Of a DNA stretch of 38,809 nucleotides, positions 9,171-18,199 are shown piece after piece. A model generated the notes under the pieces. It ran no database searches. It was not told where the DNA came from and worked only from the letters and a program-made list of their open reading frames with translations. Each line of letters starts with the position of its first letter. Within the stretch, counting starts at the first letter, position 1. A program made the translations under genes and the position numbers. Location of the stretch: assembly GCA_037442605.1 (NCBI GenBank), contig JBBIPY010000002.1:1-38809 (forward strand). Direction: 5' to 3'. Origin of the DNA: Candidatus Omnitrophota bacterium. Lineage in GTDB: Bacteria > Omnitrophota > Gorgyraeia > DTHP01.

Positions 9171-9641
9171 TTACCTCGATATCTTCAATACCTTATATCT
9201 CGTAACCCCCGCAGGAATCTTAATCTCCACTGTCTCTTTTTCCTTATGTCCTAATAAACCCCGGCCAATGGGAGAAGTAACGGAAATTTTTCCCTGCGAA
9301 TAATCTGCCTCTATTTCTGAAACTAAGGTATACCCTAACTCCTCTCCCGAATCCAGATCCTTAAGCCTGACTGTCGCACCTATGCGCACCTCGTCTTTAG
9401 GTATATCTTCGTCATCAATTATGCGCGCCCGGCTCAGCCTCTCTTCAAATTCTGCAATCCTTTTTTCATTTAATGCCTGGGCGTCTTTGGCCGCATCGTA
9501 TTCGGCATTCTCGGTGATATCGCCGTGGGCGATGGCGTCCCCTACGGCTTTGGATAATTCTCTGCGTTTAACCGTCTTTAAAAACTCCACCTCCTGCCTC
9601 AACTTCTCGTAGCCTTCCCGGCTTAGATGTATATACCGCAT
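9171..9641 (-). CDS. greA: Transcription elongation factor GreA
   Basis: Full-length match to the GreA pattern (ENAEYDAAK, KISVTSPIGRGLLG). Confidence 0.95.
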   Translation of the reverse strand: MRYIHLSREGYEKLRQEVEFLKTVKRRELSKAVGDAIAHGDITENAEYDAAKDAQALNEKRIAEFEERLSRARIIDDEDIPKDEVRIGATVRLKDLDSGEELGYTLVSEIEADYSQGKISVTSPIGRGLLGHKEKETVEIKIPAGVTRYKVLKISR

Positions 9642-9671
9642 ACCCCTTCCTCCTCTTCAGAATTGGCTGAA

Positions 9672-10057
9672 TTACTGTGTTTCCGATGACCTTTCCAGAA
9701 TTTTATTCAATGTAAAAATCTCGATACGCTCACCTGTCTCCGCATCAAAGCTGGAATGCATATCCACCACACCACATCGGCGGCGGTTAAATCCCTGATC
9801 AATGATTCCAGAAGAGGTTTTGTCTTTTCAATCAGTTTTTCCTTTAGTTCATTTATCAACCTCGCTCCCCCGGGGTCTTTGCTCAAGCGTATTTCTGCCG
9901 GAGGCAGCACCCCTTTAAACCTAACTATAATCGTATCGCCCAACACCCGCGCAATAACCGCCTCTGCCTGCTCACCCATCTGTTCCTTTAAAAACCTTGA
10001 CATCTCCCTGGTTATCCTGGACTCCAAATCCTTATTTGATTTATACTCCATCGCCAA
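9672..10057 (-). pseudogene. DUF2294-family gene with a frameshift near the 3' end
   Basis: The ORF frame ends in non-family sequence (VVWWICIPALMRRQ...). The adjacent frame from ~9775 reads VVDMHSSFDAETGERIEIFTLNK..., the canonical DUF2294 C-terminus, and stops at 9672. The shift lies in gtggtgtggtgg at 9764..9775. Confidence 0.7.
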
Positions 10058-10137
10058 TTACCTCCGCCTCTTTACCCCGTTAGAGGAACCTTTGTTAACG
10101 TGACTTGCCGGACGCAACCCCTGAGCCTATCCTGACA

Positions 10138-11055
10138 TTACCCGGACACAAGCATCCTCAGCGCCTGCAGATATTTTTCGCTCGTCTTACGAACTATCTC
10201 CTCGGGTAACTCCGGTGCAGGGGGGGTTTTATTCCAATCCAGCGTCTCCAGATAATCGCGCACAAACTGCTTGTCAAAGCTCGGCTGCGGCCCTCCTGGA
10301 TGATATTGGTCTTCTGGCCAGAAACGCGATGAATCGGGGGTAAGCACTTCGTCGATTAGAATAATTTCATTATCGTATAGCCCAAACTCAAATTTTGTAT
10401 CGGCGATGATGATGCCTTTTGATTCGGCATAGGCGCTGGCTTTTTTATAGAGGGCAAGGCTGGTTACCTTGAGCCTTTCGGTGATATCTTTTCCCAGCCC
10501 CTGCTCAACAAATTCCTGAGTTACATTTATGTCATGACCAACTTCCTCTTTGGTGGCGGGAGTAAAAATAGGTTCCGGGAGTTTATCCGATTCCCGTAAC
10601 CCTTTCGGCAGTTTTATCCCGCAGATAGATTGGCTTTCGCGGTATTCCTTCCATCCCGAACCCGAAAGATAACCTCTAACCACGCATTCAACAGGTATTG
10701 ATTTGGCTTTTTTTACTAACATCGAGCGGCCCTTTAAGATATCTTTATACCTTGATAGCGGGGCGGGAAATTCTTCCGCCTCCGCAGTAATCAAATGATT
10801 GGGAATGATATCCCGGGTAAACTCAAACCAGAATAAAGAAAGCTGGGTCAAGACCCTCCCTTTATGCGGGATACAGGTTGGCAAAACCACGTCAAAACAG
10901 GATATGCGGTCAGTGGAAACCACCAAGAGCCTATCCTTTAAATCATATACATCCCTGACCTTGCCTCTTTTGAACAACTCAATGTCCGTAAGACGCGTTA
11001 AACGCAGGACTTCGTTTTCCATCTTAACTCCTCGTATAATATGGGTTACGGTCAC
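10138..11055 (-). CDS. purC: SAICAR synthase
   Basis: [16 protein letters not shown] and [14 protein letters not shown] motifs. Probable start MENEV at 11022. Confidence 0.95.
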   Translation of the reverse strand: MTVTHIIRGVKMENEVLRLTRLTDIELFKRGKVRDVYDLKDRLLVVSTDRISCFDVVLPTCIPHKGRVLTQLSLFWFEFTRDIIPNHLITAEAEEFPAPLSRYKDILKGRSMLVKKAKSIPVECVVRGYLSGSGWKEYRESQSICGIKLPKGLRESDKLPEPIFTPATKEEVGHDINVTQEFVEQGLGKDITERLKVTSLALYKKASAYAESKGIIIADTKFEFGLYDNEIILIDEVLTPDSSRFWPEDQYHPGGPQPSFDKQFVRDYLETLDWNKTPPAPELPEEIVRKTSEKYLQALRMLVSG

Positions 11056-11078
11056 GTTAACTTTCGAATTTTCTCTTT

Positions 11079-11517
11079 CTATACCGCTGTGTTATTTGCA
11101 AAGCACTCCGGAGAAATGTAGTCACCAAAGCGCTTCTGCGTTTTGAGCAGGCGTTCCTTTTGCTGGCTGAGCACCGCAAAGAGGGCGCCGGGCGCATCCG
11201 CCACGTTATCGCGGTAGAATTTCTCCACGCGGTCAATCTTGGCTAAATTTTCTGGAATGCTGGTGCTAAACTGTTTAACATAATCTTCTTTCGCATATTC
11301 TTTCTGCAAGCATTTCTGAAAAAGCGGACGCAGGTCCTCATATCGAGGAATCCAGCCGGTAGGAGACTCTATCGGTTCCACATCATTATGCACGCGTAAT
11401 AGGCGACGTCTTCGGGATAATCGCTGCAGATAAAGATTGTCTCTGGCTGACAGAGCTCATCCGCTGCCGCGATGAATTGATGCACTTCGGGATTGATTAT
11501 GCGGGCTAACTTCTGAT
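11079..11517 (-). pseudogene. pckG: Relic of GTP-dependent PEP carboxykinase: N-terminal ~45 aa joined out of frame to C-terminal ~100 aa
   Basis: NYQKLARIINPEVHQFIAAADELCQPETIFICSDYPEDVAYY resembles the PEPCK-GTP N-terminus. PTGWIPRYEDLRPLF...KEDYVKQF...FGDYISPE resembles the extreme C-terminus. The ~450-aa catalytic core is absent. The 5' end is cut by the 138-bp repeat. Confidence 0.7.
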
Positions 11518-11655
11518 AATTGAAGCTCCACGGGCTTACACCCGTGGAATCTTTCTTTTCGCTTCGGCTCGGCACAGCGAAAACCTCGCCGAAGCGGAAT
11601 TCCTCTCGCTATCCATCCCCACCCTTACAGGTGGGGAATTCCGCGAAGGCGGGTT
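11518..11655. repeat. 138-bp structured repeat element, copy 2
   Basis: Identical to 101..238. Boundaries confirmed against the reading frames of track ORFs 11369..11575 and 11536..11718, which read through it. Confidence 0.9.
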
Positions 11656-11700
11656 TATTACTGCCTCGCTAATCTGCGCCTCAATCTGCCCCTTGGTCAT
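11656..11700 (-). pseudogene. 15-codon stub of a second DUF2294-like gene, cut by the 138-bp element
   Basis: ATG at 11700 overlaps the NtrC 3' end. MTKGQIEAQISEAVI matches the usual DUF2294 N-terminus. Homology ends exactly at the repeat boundary. Confidence 0.5.
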
Positions 11701-13129
11701 CAGAGAATCTCTCCTCACCTGTAATTTTTATTTCTTTCTTAATGTTTAATTTCTGTATCTTGTCTTTTAGAGTAGGGCGGCTTACGCCCAGGAGTTTAGC
11801 GGCTTCGCTCTGATTGCCATTTACCCGTTTCAATGTCTCAATAATGAGCGCCTTCTCCACCTCAGCGATGACATCATTATACAAAGAATCGGACCTAACA
11901 GCAAGGCTTTGTTTAACCAATTGAGCAAATGCCTCGCGAAGCCTGATATCCAGCCTTTTATCCTCTGAGATAATCTTATCTGTAAGGAATATGCATTCCG
12001 GCAGGAGCACATTGCCTTTCCCAAAAAGCATAGCCTTCTTGATAACATTCTCCAGTTCTCGGACATTGCCCGGCCAGTTGTAACGCTGTAACAACTGCAA
12101 TGCCTCCGGCGTAATCCGGGTAAATTCTTTCTTGAGTTCTCTATTGTACCTGCTTAAGAAATAGTCAACCAGAAGCGGGATGTCTTCTGTCCTTTCTCTC
12201 AACGGCGGAATATTTATAGGAACTACGTTCAGCCGAAAATAAAGGTCCTCGCGGAATTGTCCTTTCTTTACCATCTCTTCGAGATTCTTATTGGTAGCAG
12301 CGACTATACGCACATCCGCCTTTATCGTTTCATTTGAGCCCAGGCGTTCCAGGGTGCGCTGTTCAAGAAGGCGTAATATCTTTGACTGCGTGGCTAAAGC
12401 CATATCTCCTATTTCATCCAGAAATATTGTCCCGCCATTACACTGCTCAAACCTGCCGATCCTTCTTGTCTGGGCCCCGGTAAAGGCCCCTTTCTCATAG
12501 CCGAATAATTCGGATTCCAAAAGGGTCTCCGGAATTGCCGCACAGTTGACGGTCAAAAATGGCCTATCCCTTCTTAGGCTGTGTTGATATACTGCCCGCG
12601 CCACCAATTCTTTGCCCGTTCCACTTTCTCCTCTCAATAAAACCGTAACATCGCTTTGAGCAACCTGTCCGATTAATTTATAAATCCTCTGCATGGCCGG
12701 GCTATTGCCCACAATTATATCCGCCTCGGCCTTCTCCCTGGAAATACCATAAAGCACCTCTACCTGCATCGAACGGTTTATCTCTAATGCCTTTTTAAGC
12801 AGCCCGCGCATCTGGTTGATGTCAAATGGCTTCAAGACATATTCAAACGCCCCTGACTTCATGGCCTCGATTGCCGTGTCGGTTGTTCCGTATGCGGTCA
12901 TAATGATCACCGGTAACCTTGAATTTATTTCCTTAATTTTCTTAAAGACCTCCAGACCGTCCATCTCTGGCATTTTTATATCCATAACCACTACTTCCGG
13001 CAGCGCTTCTTTAAATCTCTCCAACGCCTTCCTGCCATTATCCGCGGTGATTATTTCATATTCTTTGAAGATCCTTTTGAATGAAGAGACGACATTCTTT
13101 TCATCATCGACTACTAAGATTCTATTCAT
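11681..13129 (-). CDS. Sigma-54-dependent response regulator (NtrC/AtoC family bEBP)
   Basis: REC domain (VVDDE...DIKMPEMDG), AAA+ Walker A GESGTGKE, GAFTGA loop, C-terminal Fis-type HTH (NQSEAAKLLGVSRPTL). Confidence 0.95.
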   Translation of the reverse strand: MNRILVVDDEKNVVSSFKRIFKEYEIITADNGRKALERFKEALPEVVVMDIKMPEMDGLEVFKKIKEINSRLPVIIMTAYGTTDTAIEAMKSGAFEYVLKPFDINQMRGLLKKALEINRSMQVEVLYGISREKAEADIIVGNSPAMQRIYKLIGQVAQSDVTVLLRGESGTGKELVARAVYQHSLRRDRPFLTVNCAAIPETLLESELFGYEKGAFTGAQTRRIGRFEQCNGGTIFLDEIGDMALATQSKILRLLEQRTLERLGSNETIKADVRIVAATNKNLEEMVKKGQFREDLYFRLNVVPINIPPLRERTEDIPLLVDYFLSRYNRELKKEFTRITPEALQLLQRYNWPGNVRELENVIKKAMLFGKGNVLLPECIFLTDKIISEDKRLDIRLREAFAQLVKQSLAVRSDSLYNDVIAEVEKALIIETLKRVNGNQSEAAKLLGVSRPTLKDKIQKLNIKKEIKITGEERFSDDQGAD

Positions 13130-13130
13130 T

Positions 13131-14435
13131 TCACGCCAAGTTTTTAATGGGTAGATTAATTGTGCAGGTAGTTCCTTTATGCGGTTCTGAAGTGAGCTTT
13201 ATCCTGCCCTTATGCATCTTGATTATATTCTGTACGATAGAAAGCCCCAAGCCAAATCCCTCTTTCTTCGTGGTAAAGAACGGCTCAAACATTTGCCCTT
13301 TGTCCTTTTCGGTTATACCGACGCCGGTATCTTGAATTCTTATCATCACACAATCTCTATTTAAGGCGGTGGAAATCTCCAGCCTTCCTCCGTCAGGCAT
13401 AGCCTCGAGGGCATTCATAAGAATATTCAAAATAACCTGTTTTATCTTTTCTCTATCCACCTTTATCTTAACGGACTGCCCCATCCGTTTTATGACCTCC
13501 ACCCCCTGGTTCTGGATTCTGGGATAAAGCAGGGCAACTGTATTATCGATAATGCTGTCGATATCCTCTGTGCTTAGATTCAATTTTAACGGTTTGGCTA
13601 AAGATATAAAGTCATCCACAATCCTCTCCAGACGCACAATCTCCTCATCTATTACCTCCAAGTCATCTTTCCAGTGCGGCGCATCCCGGACTTCTCCTTT
13701 TAAAACCTGGGTACGCATCTTGATTGCCGTAAGGGGATTCCTCACCTCATGGGCAACTACGGCGGACAACTTCCCCAGAGAAGCCATTTTTTCATTCTCC
13801 AGAACCTGTTTAGTGATGGTGCGGAAGATCATAAAGCCCAGAGATAAACCCAGGACAATGGCTATCACGATTGCCAACCAGACTGCCATGTGGATTTTAA
13901 AGACAGACCCCTCGCTTTTGCTCTGTGCCTGGGCAATCAATTCCTCGTTGATAAACAACAAATTTTCGCATTTATCGTGTAGCTGGTCAAGATAATTTCT
14001 CACTTCCGACAGCAATAATTTCTTTGCCTCGGTCATATTGCCCAGGCGATAGAAATTTATTACCTGGGCACGGAGCATATTATATCTGGCATAGAGTCTG
14101 TCTATATCCCGCAGTATCTGCTTCTCTTCTTCTGTAATGGCAACCTCTTTGGCTTTGCTAAACCACGCCCTAAAAGACTGCTTTTTCTCCTCTAAAAGCC
14201 TCAGCCATTTCTCATCACCGTCGAGCAGATAATTGGAAACAAATCCCTTTTCGTCAAGCAGTGCAAGCTTCAATTCCCCCGCCGCCTTTAGGCTGGAGAC
14301 ATTCTCTTTCAGTATTGACTGAGACATCCTCTGAAGACCCCTGGTAGAAACGAGCGTGAGATAGCCCACTAAGGCAAGTAACACAATGAGCATAAAAGAA
14401 CCAAATATCAGTTTGGTGCTAAACCTTATTTTCAT
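13131..14435 (-). CDS. Sensor histidine kinase, partner of the NtrC-type regulator
   Basis: Two TM segments flank a helical sensor region. H-box VAHEVRNPL. N, G1 and G2 boxes (DTGVGI, GFGLGLS). The stop is adjacent to the regulator start. Confidence 0.9.
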   Translation of the reverse strand: MKIRFSTKLIFGSFMLIVLLALVGYLTLVSTRGLQRMSQSILKENVSSLKAAGELKLALLDEKGFVSNYLLDGDEKWLRLLEEKKQSFRAWFSKAKEVAITEEEKQILRDIDRLYARYNMLRAQVINFYRLGNMTEAKKLLLSEVRNYLDQLHDKCENLLFINEELIAQAQSKSEGSVFKIHMAVWLAIVIAIVLGLSLGFMIFRTITKQVLENEKMASLGKLSAVVAHEVRNPLTAIKMRTQVLKGEVRDAPHWKDDLEVIDEEIVRLERIVDDFISLAKPLKLNLSTEDIDSIIDNTVALLYPRIQNQGVEVIKRMGQSVKIKVDREKIKQVILNILMNALEAMPDGGRLEISTALNRDCVMIRIQDTGVGITEKDKGQMFEPFFTTKKEGFGLGLSIVQNIIKMHKGRIKLTSEPHKGTTCTINLPIKNLA

Positions 14436-14444
14436 AGGAAAACA

Positions 14445-15318
14445 CTACCTTCCCCATACGAACCAGACAAAAAGGTATGCGGCAGTTACGGCAGCGAGGG
14501 TAAAGGGCAGGCCAATTCTCACAAAATCTCTGAACCCGACCGTAATTCCTTCTTTTTTTCAGCAGACCGCAGGCAACGATATTGGCTGAGGCGCCGATAG
14601 GGGTAATATTTCCTCCCAGACTGGCGCCGATAAGTAAACCGAAAAGAAAAAGCACGGGTTTTATCCCTAACTGCAGAGACATGGCGATGGATACGGGAAG
14701 CATCGCTGCTAAAAAAGGAACATTATCTACGAACGCAGAGAGGACAACCGAGATAAAGACAAGCAGGGTATAACCCAGGAATATATTCTCACCCACTAAA
14801 CCAGAGAGAGAGCCCGCAATTGTCTCAATCCAACCCCTGAGGGTAAGGCTCCCCACAATAACGAATATCCCTATCAGGAAGAAAGTTGTCTCCCAGTCTA
14901 AAGACCTTATCCCCTCTAAAACGGGACTTTTACTGAAAAATCTCTTCCAGAATACAGAAATAACCCCGAATACCATACAGATTATTCCCGCCATATAGGA
15001 AAACCCTGTATCAAAGAAAGAAGATACGGCTAACAAAAAGATTAGGCTTATCAGAATAATTGTAGGGACGCGGGATTTCACCTTTTCCACCTCCACCAGC
15101 TGGGTTTTTTCTTTATGCATCTTAAAAATGAGGAGCAGGACAAAAAAAGACACAATCGCTCCCAGTTCTACAGCAAAAAATATGCTGGGTTTACCTTTAT
15201 AGAAGAAGAAATCCATAAAATTCATCTTGGCAAAACCACCCAGGAGCATGCTGGGAGGGTCTCCAATCAAGGTGGCAGCTCCCTGTAAATTACTCGATAC
15301 GGCAATGGCAATCATCAT
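14445..15318 (-). pseudogene. ArsB/NhaD-superfamily permease, 5'-truncated and frameshifted in an A7 run
   Basis: Begins at the mid-protein motif NLQGAATLIGDPPS, with an in-frame stop 3 codons upstream. Removing one A from the A7 run at 14553..14559 restores LKKEGITVGFRDFVRIGLPFTLAAVTAAYLFVWFVWGR and a stop at 14445. Confidence 0.65.
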
Positions 15319-15351
15319 TTTAGCGGGTTAATAACGAAGCGTATTGGGGAT

Positions 15352-15861
15352 TTAACATGATTTTTCCGAAAGTCTTATTATCTGTTCAACCACATCATTC
15401 ACGCTCAATTCAGAGGTGTCGATAGAATAATCTGCTCTGGCGTAATAAGGCTCCCGTATCCTGAGAAGCTCATCGATTATCTTCTGGGGGGCGGGGACAT
15501 TCAGGAGGGGCCGCTCCGTGGTATGCCTGGTTCTGGCGAGGATTATTTTGGGGTTCGCTTTAAGACAGACGATAACTCCCTTCTTCTTCAAGTCTAAAAC
15601 ATTTTTTTCTCTGATTACCGCCCCGCCACCCGCATCAATAATCAGGTTCTCTTTATCAGAGATTTCCTTAACAGCTTCGCTTTCGACATCACGAAAATAT
15701 TTCTCCCCGCTCCGGGCAAAGATTTCTTTTATCGTGAGCTTCTCTTTCTCCTCAATCAAGGCATCAATGCTTACGTATTCTCTATTCAAGCGCTTCGCCA
15801 ATTCACGGGCAACCGAGGTCTTTCCCGTTCCCATAAATCCAACAAGTACTATATTTTTCAT
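15352..15861 (-). CDS. aroK: Shikimate kinase
   Basis: Walker A GFMGTGKT and a shikimate-binding DAGGG-type block; 169 aa. Confidence 0.95.
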   Translation of the reverse strand: MKNIVLVGFMGTGKTSVARELAKRLNREYVSIDALIEEKEKLTIKEIFARSGEKYFRDVESEAVKEISDKENLIIDAGGGAVIREKNVLDLKKKGVIVCLKANPKIILARTRHTTERPLLNVPAPQKIIDELLRIREPYYARADYSIDTSELSVNDVVEQIIRLSEKSC

Positions 15862-16004
15862 CTGTGTAATCCACGCTTTTAAATCTGTGGCATCTGTGGT
15901 TTTCCAAATTTTAACATGAAGAGATTAAGATGGCAAGGGATTTTGAAAACACAGATTGGCGCAGACGAAAAGAAACAGATGGGCACAGATAGGAAGAAAC
16001 AGAT
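15860..16004. repeat. Word hairpin: atctgtg x3 followed by (c/a)acagat x4
   Basis: atctgtg at ~15860, 15883 and 15892. Inverted words at ~15950, 15974, 15984 and 15998. Confidence 0.75.
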
Positions 16005-16069
16005 AGGCGCCGATATTTTTATAGAGTCGATTTTTTATTTCAATTTATGCAACCTTTGGGTAGCGGATA

Positions 16070-16600
16070 CTATTTTACTGGTTCTGGTAAACCCAAGAAA
16101 CTTAAGGGTAATTCATGGAAGAAACAATAACAACCAACCGATTCTACATATTTTAAGACATCTCGGTAGACATCTTTTTTAAACCAATCGCTTAGAATGT
16201 ATGCGTATTTAACAGAAACTCCTAACGGAGCTAGCAATTTCTTATATTGTTTATTCTTAAAATCGCAGGTTTGAAGCTTCTCATCAACCGAACCTGCTAC
16301 CTCTTGAAATTTAATTTCGATAATATAAAGTGTCTTGCCCGCCAAAATTAGAATTGCTTCGTCGGGTAACAATTTTTTAGAGATAAACGAAGAATAATCA
16401 ATGTTATTGGGCTCAAGTAAGTTTTTATATAATTTATTCTTTCCATAAAATTCGGCAACTTTTTCGCCCTTGAAATAAACAGTATCGTCTTTAACTTCAT
16501 AGCCAGCAAGCGAGTCTAAAAGATTTTTCATGGCTATTCTAGATTCAAATCTTAAACCAGAGAAAGTTGTCTTGGAACCCCCCTTGCCACCTCGAATCAT
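16070..16600 (-). CDS. Putative type II restriction endonuclease (PD-(D/E)xK)
   Basis: LLPDEAILILAGKTLYIIEIKFQ gives a PD...E-x-K arrangement. Start overlaps the methyltransferase stop by 4 nt (ATGA at 16597..16600). AT-rich relative to the flanks by eye. Confidence 0.6.
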   Translation of the reverse strand: MIRGGKGGSKTTFSGLRFESRIAMKNLLDSLAGYEVKDDTVYFKGEKVAEFYGKNKLYKNLLEPNNIDYSSFISKKLLPDEAILILAGKTLYIIEIKFQEVAGSVDEKLQTCDFKNKQYKKLLAPLGVSVKYAYILSDWFKKDVYRDVLKYVESVGCYCFFHELPLSFLGLPEPVK

Positions 16601-17442
16601 TGCCTCTTCTCCCGAAAGGCATCTTTTAGTCGCTTAACAGAAATATTAATATGGCGTTCCTCAAACTCAATCCCTATATATTGCCTGCCTTCTTTGAACG
16701 CTGCAATCCCAGTCGTCCCACTGCCATTAAAAGGATCTAAAACTATATCCCCGGTTCTCGTAGAGGCTAAAACAATCCTATCCAACAGCTCTATTGGTTT
16801 TTGAGTTGGATGTTTGCCATATATCTTCTCGGCTGGTCCTGGAGCTTTAATAGGCCAAAGACTTAACATCTGCTTATCATTATTTATTTTCTTCATTAAT
16901 TCATAGTTAAAATAATGCCTGCTGTTTTTATTTTTTGCGGCCCAGATAATTGTCTCGGTCGAATGAGTAAAATAGCGACAACTTAAGTTTGGTGGAGGAT
17001 TAACTTTAAACCAGGCTATATCGTTTAAAATCTTATATCCTAAAACTTGCATAGCAGAGCCAACAGTATAAATTATATGTGAAGTTCCCGAGACCCAAAT
17101 TGTACCATTTTGCGTCAAAACTCTCTGGCATTCCCTTAGCCACCTTTGAGTAAAAATATAATTTTCTTCTACCCCTTTAGATACATCCCACTTTCCCTTG
17201 TTAACCGAAACCATCCTGCCGGCGTGGCAAGTTATTCCGCCGTTTGAAAGAAAATAAGGAGGATCGGCAAAAATCATATCTATGGAGTTCTCGGTAATTT
17301 TAGGCAGGATGTCAAAGCAGTTCTCTTTATATAGAATTATCCTGCGATTCTTATCTTCAAAATAAGGCTTAGATGAGACGTTTTGAATGGATGCGAATAC
17401 ATCTTTCTTATGAATTATTTTTTCGTGAGTAACTGTAGTCAT
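16597..17442 (-). CDS. Beta-class N6-adenine (DPPY) DNA methyltransferase
   Basis: Motif IV IFADPPYFLSNGG lies N-terminal to motif I LDPFNGSGTTG. NLSCRYFTHSTETIIWA and GKHPTQKP blocks resemble the DpnA/HinfI-type family. Confidence 0.9.
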   Translation of the reverse strand: MTTVTHEKIIHKKDVFASIQNVSSKPYFEDKNRRIILYKENCFDILPKITENSIDMIFADPPYFLSNGGITCHAGRMVSVNKGKWDVSKGVEENYIFTQRWLRECQRVLTQNGTIWVSGTSHIIYTVGSAMQVLGYKILNDIAWFKVNPPPNLSCRYFTHSTETIIWAAKNKNSRHYFNYELMKKINNDKQMLSLWPIKAPGPAEKIYGKHPTQKPIELLDRIVLASTRTGDIVLDPFNGSGTTGIAAFKEGRQYIGIEFEERHINISVKRLKDAFREKRQ

Positions 17443-17718
17443 GGAACGTTTAATTGCCGGCTACTATTCCGCTGCCAAACCTTGAGCTATTTCAACCAGA
17501 AAATTTACTCCTACATTCCCAATTCAACCGCGTAGGTTGAATTGGTGTTTTGCATACTTTATCGGTATCCATTTTACACTCACATTTGTCTTAAGTCAAG
17601 TCTAAGGTTATCTTAGGACGGTTATCTTAGGAAAAAAGTCCCCAAAATGGCTCGTACACATTCTCAAAAAGAAGCAGACTCTTTTTCCTGATACAGATTT
17701 ATCTTACAGAATAAAACT

Positions 17719-17755
17719 GGGGTCTTGCGCTTTTCCGATAAAAGGACAAGACCCC
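17719..17755 (-). terminator. Rho-independent terminator candidate downstream of spoVG
   Basis: 9-bp stem ggggtcttg/caagacccc, followed on the minus strand by aGTTTTATT. Lies 14 nt after the spoVG stop. Confidence 0.6.
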
Positions 17756-17768
17756 TTTCGCGGAATCA

Positions 17769-18038
17769 CTAACCGTTGTAAGCGGCCAGGACGATTTCGT
17801 TCAACTGCTCTTGGTGCTCTTTGCTCAAGGGATAGACGCTGTTGAACCAGCGGCCGTCTTTGCCCTGCTGCCGGGGCATACCCACGAAAAGCCCTTTCTC
17901 GCCCTGGACAACGCGTATACCCTTGACGACAAAGCCAGCCAGGGCAACATCTACGAATGCCTTGAGCCGGCTCTCCCCTTCTACCCGATATAGGCGGGCC
18001 ACCTCGATGCTATTGTTAGTTTTACCCATGTTAATCAC
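17769..18038 (-). CDS. spoVG: SpoVG-family protein
   Basis: RLKAFVDVAL..FVVKGIRVVQGEKGLFVGMP matches the SpoVG core. Confidence 0.85.
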   Translation of the reverse strand: MINMGKTNNSIEVARLYRVEGESRLKAFVDVALAGFVVKGIRVVQGEKGLFVGMPRQQGKDGRWFNSVYPLSKEHQEQLNEIVLAAYNG

Positions 18039-18199
18039 CCCCTTCTACCTTATATGACGTAGAAAGAGGCAATTTTCGTTCATTATATCTGAGAAAAAAT
18101 TTAGGGACACGAATGACCACGAATAAAAATCGAATTGCCATCACGAATCAAGAATTTGTGGTAATTCGAACGAAATTCGTGGTAATTTGTGTAGGAAAA

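Noticed and set aside
10058-10137. Sigma-54-like GGCA..TTAA match, and a partial ccccgttagagg word, upstream of the DUF2294 gene
   Set aside because: The -12 element lacks GC, and the word is only a half-site.
11369-11718. Track ORFs 11369..11575 and 11536..11718 as genuine small genes
   Set aside because: Their N- and C-terminal parts are translations of the 138-bp repeat, and the same DNA occurs at 101..238 in a non-coding context. Only the flanking PEPCK and DUF2294 fragments carry homology.
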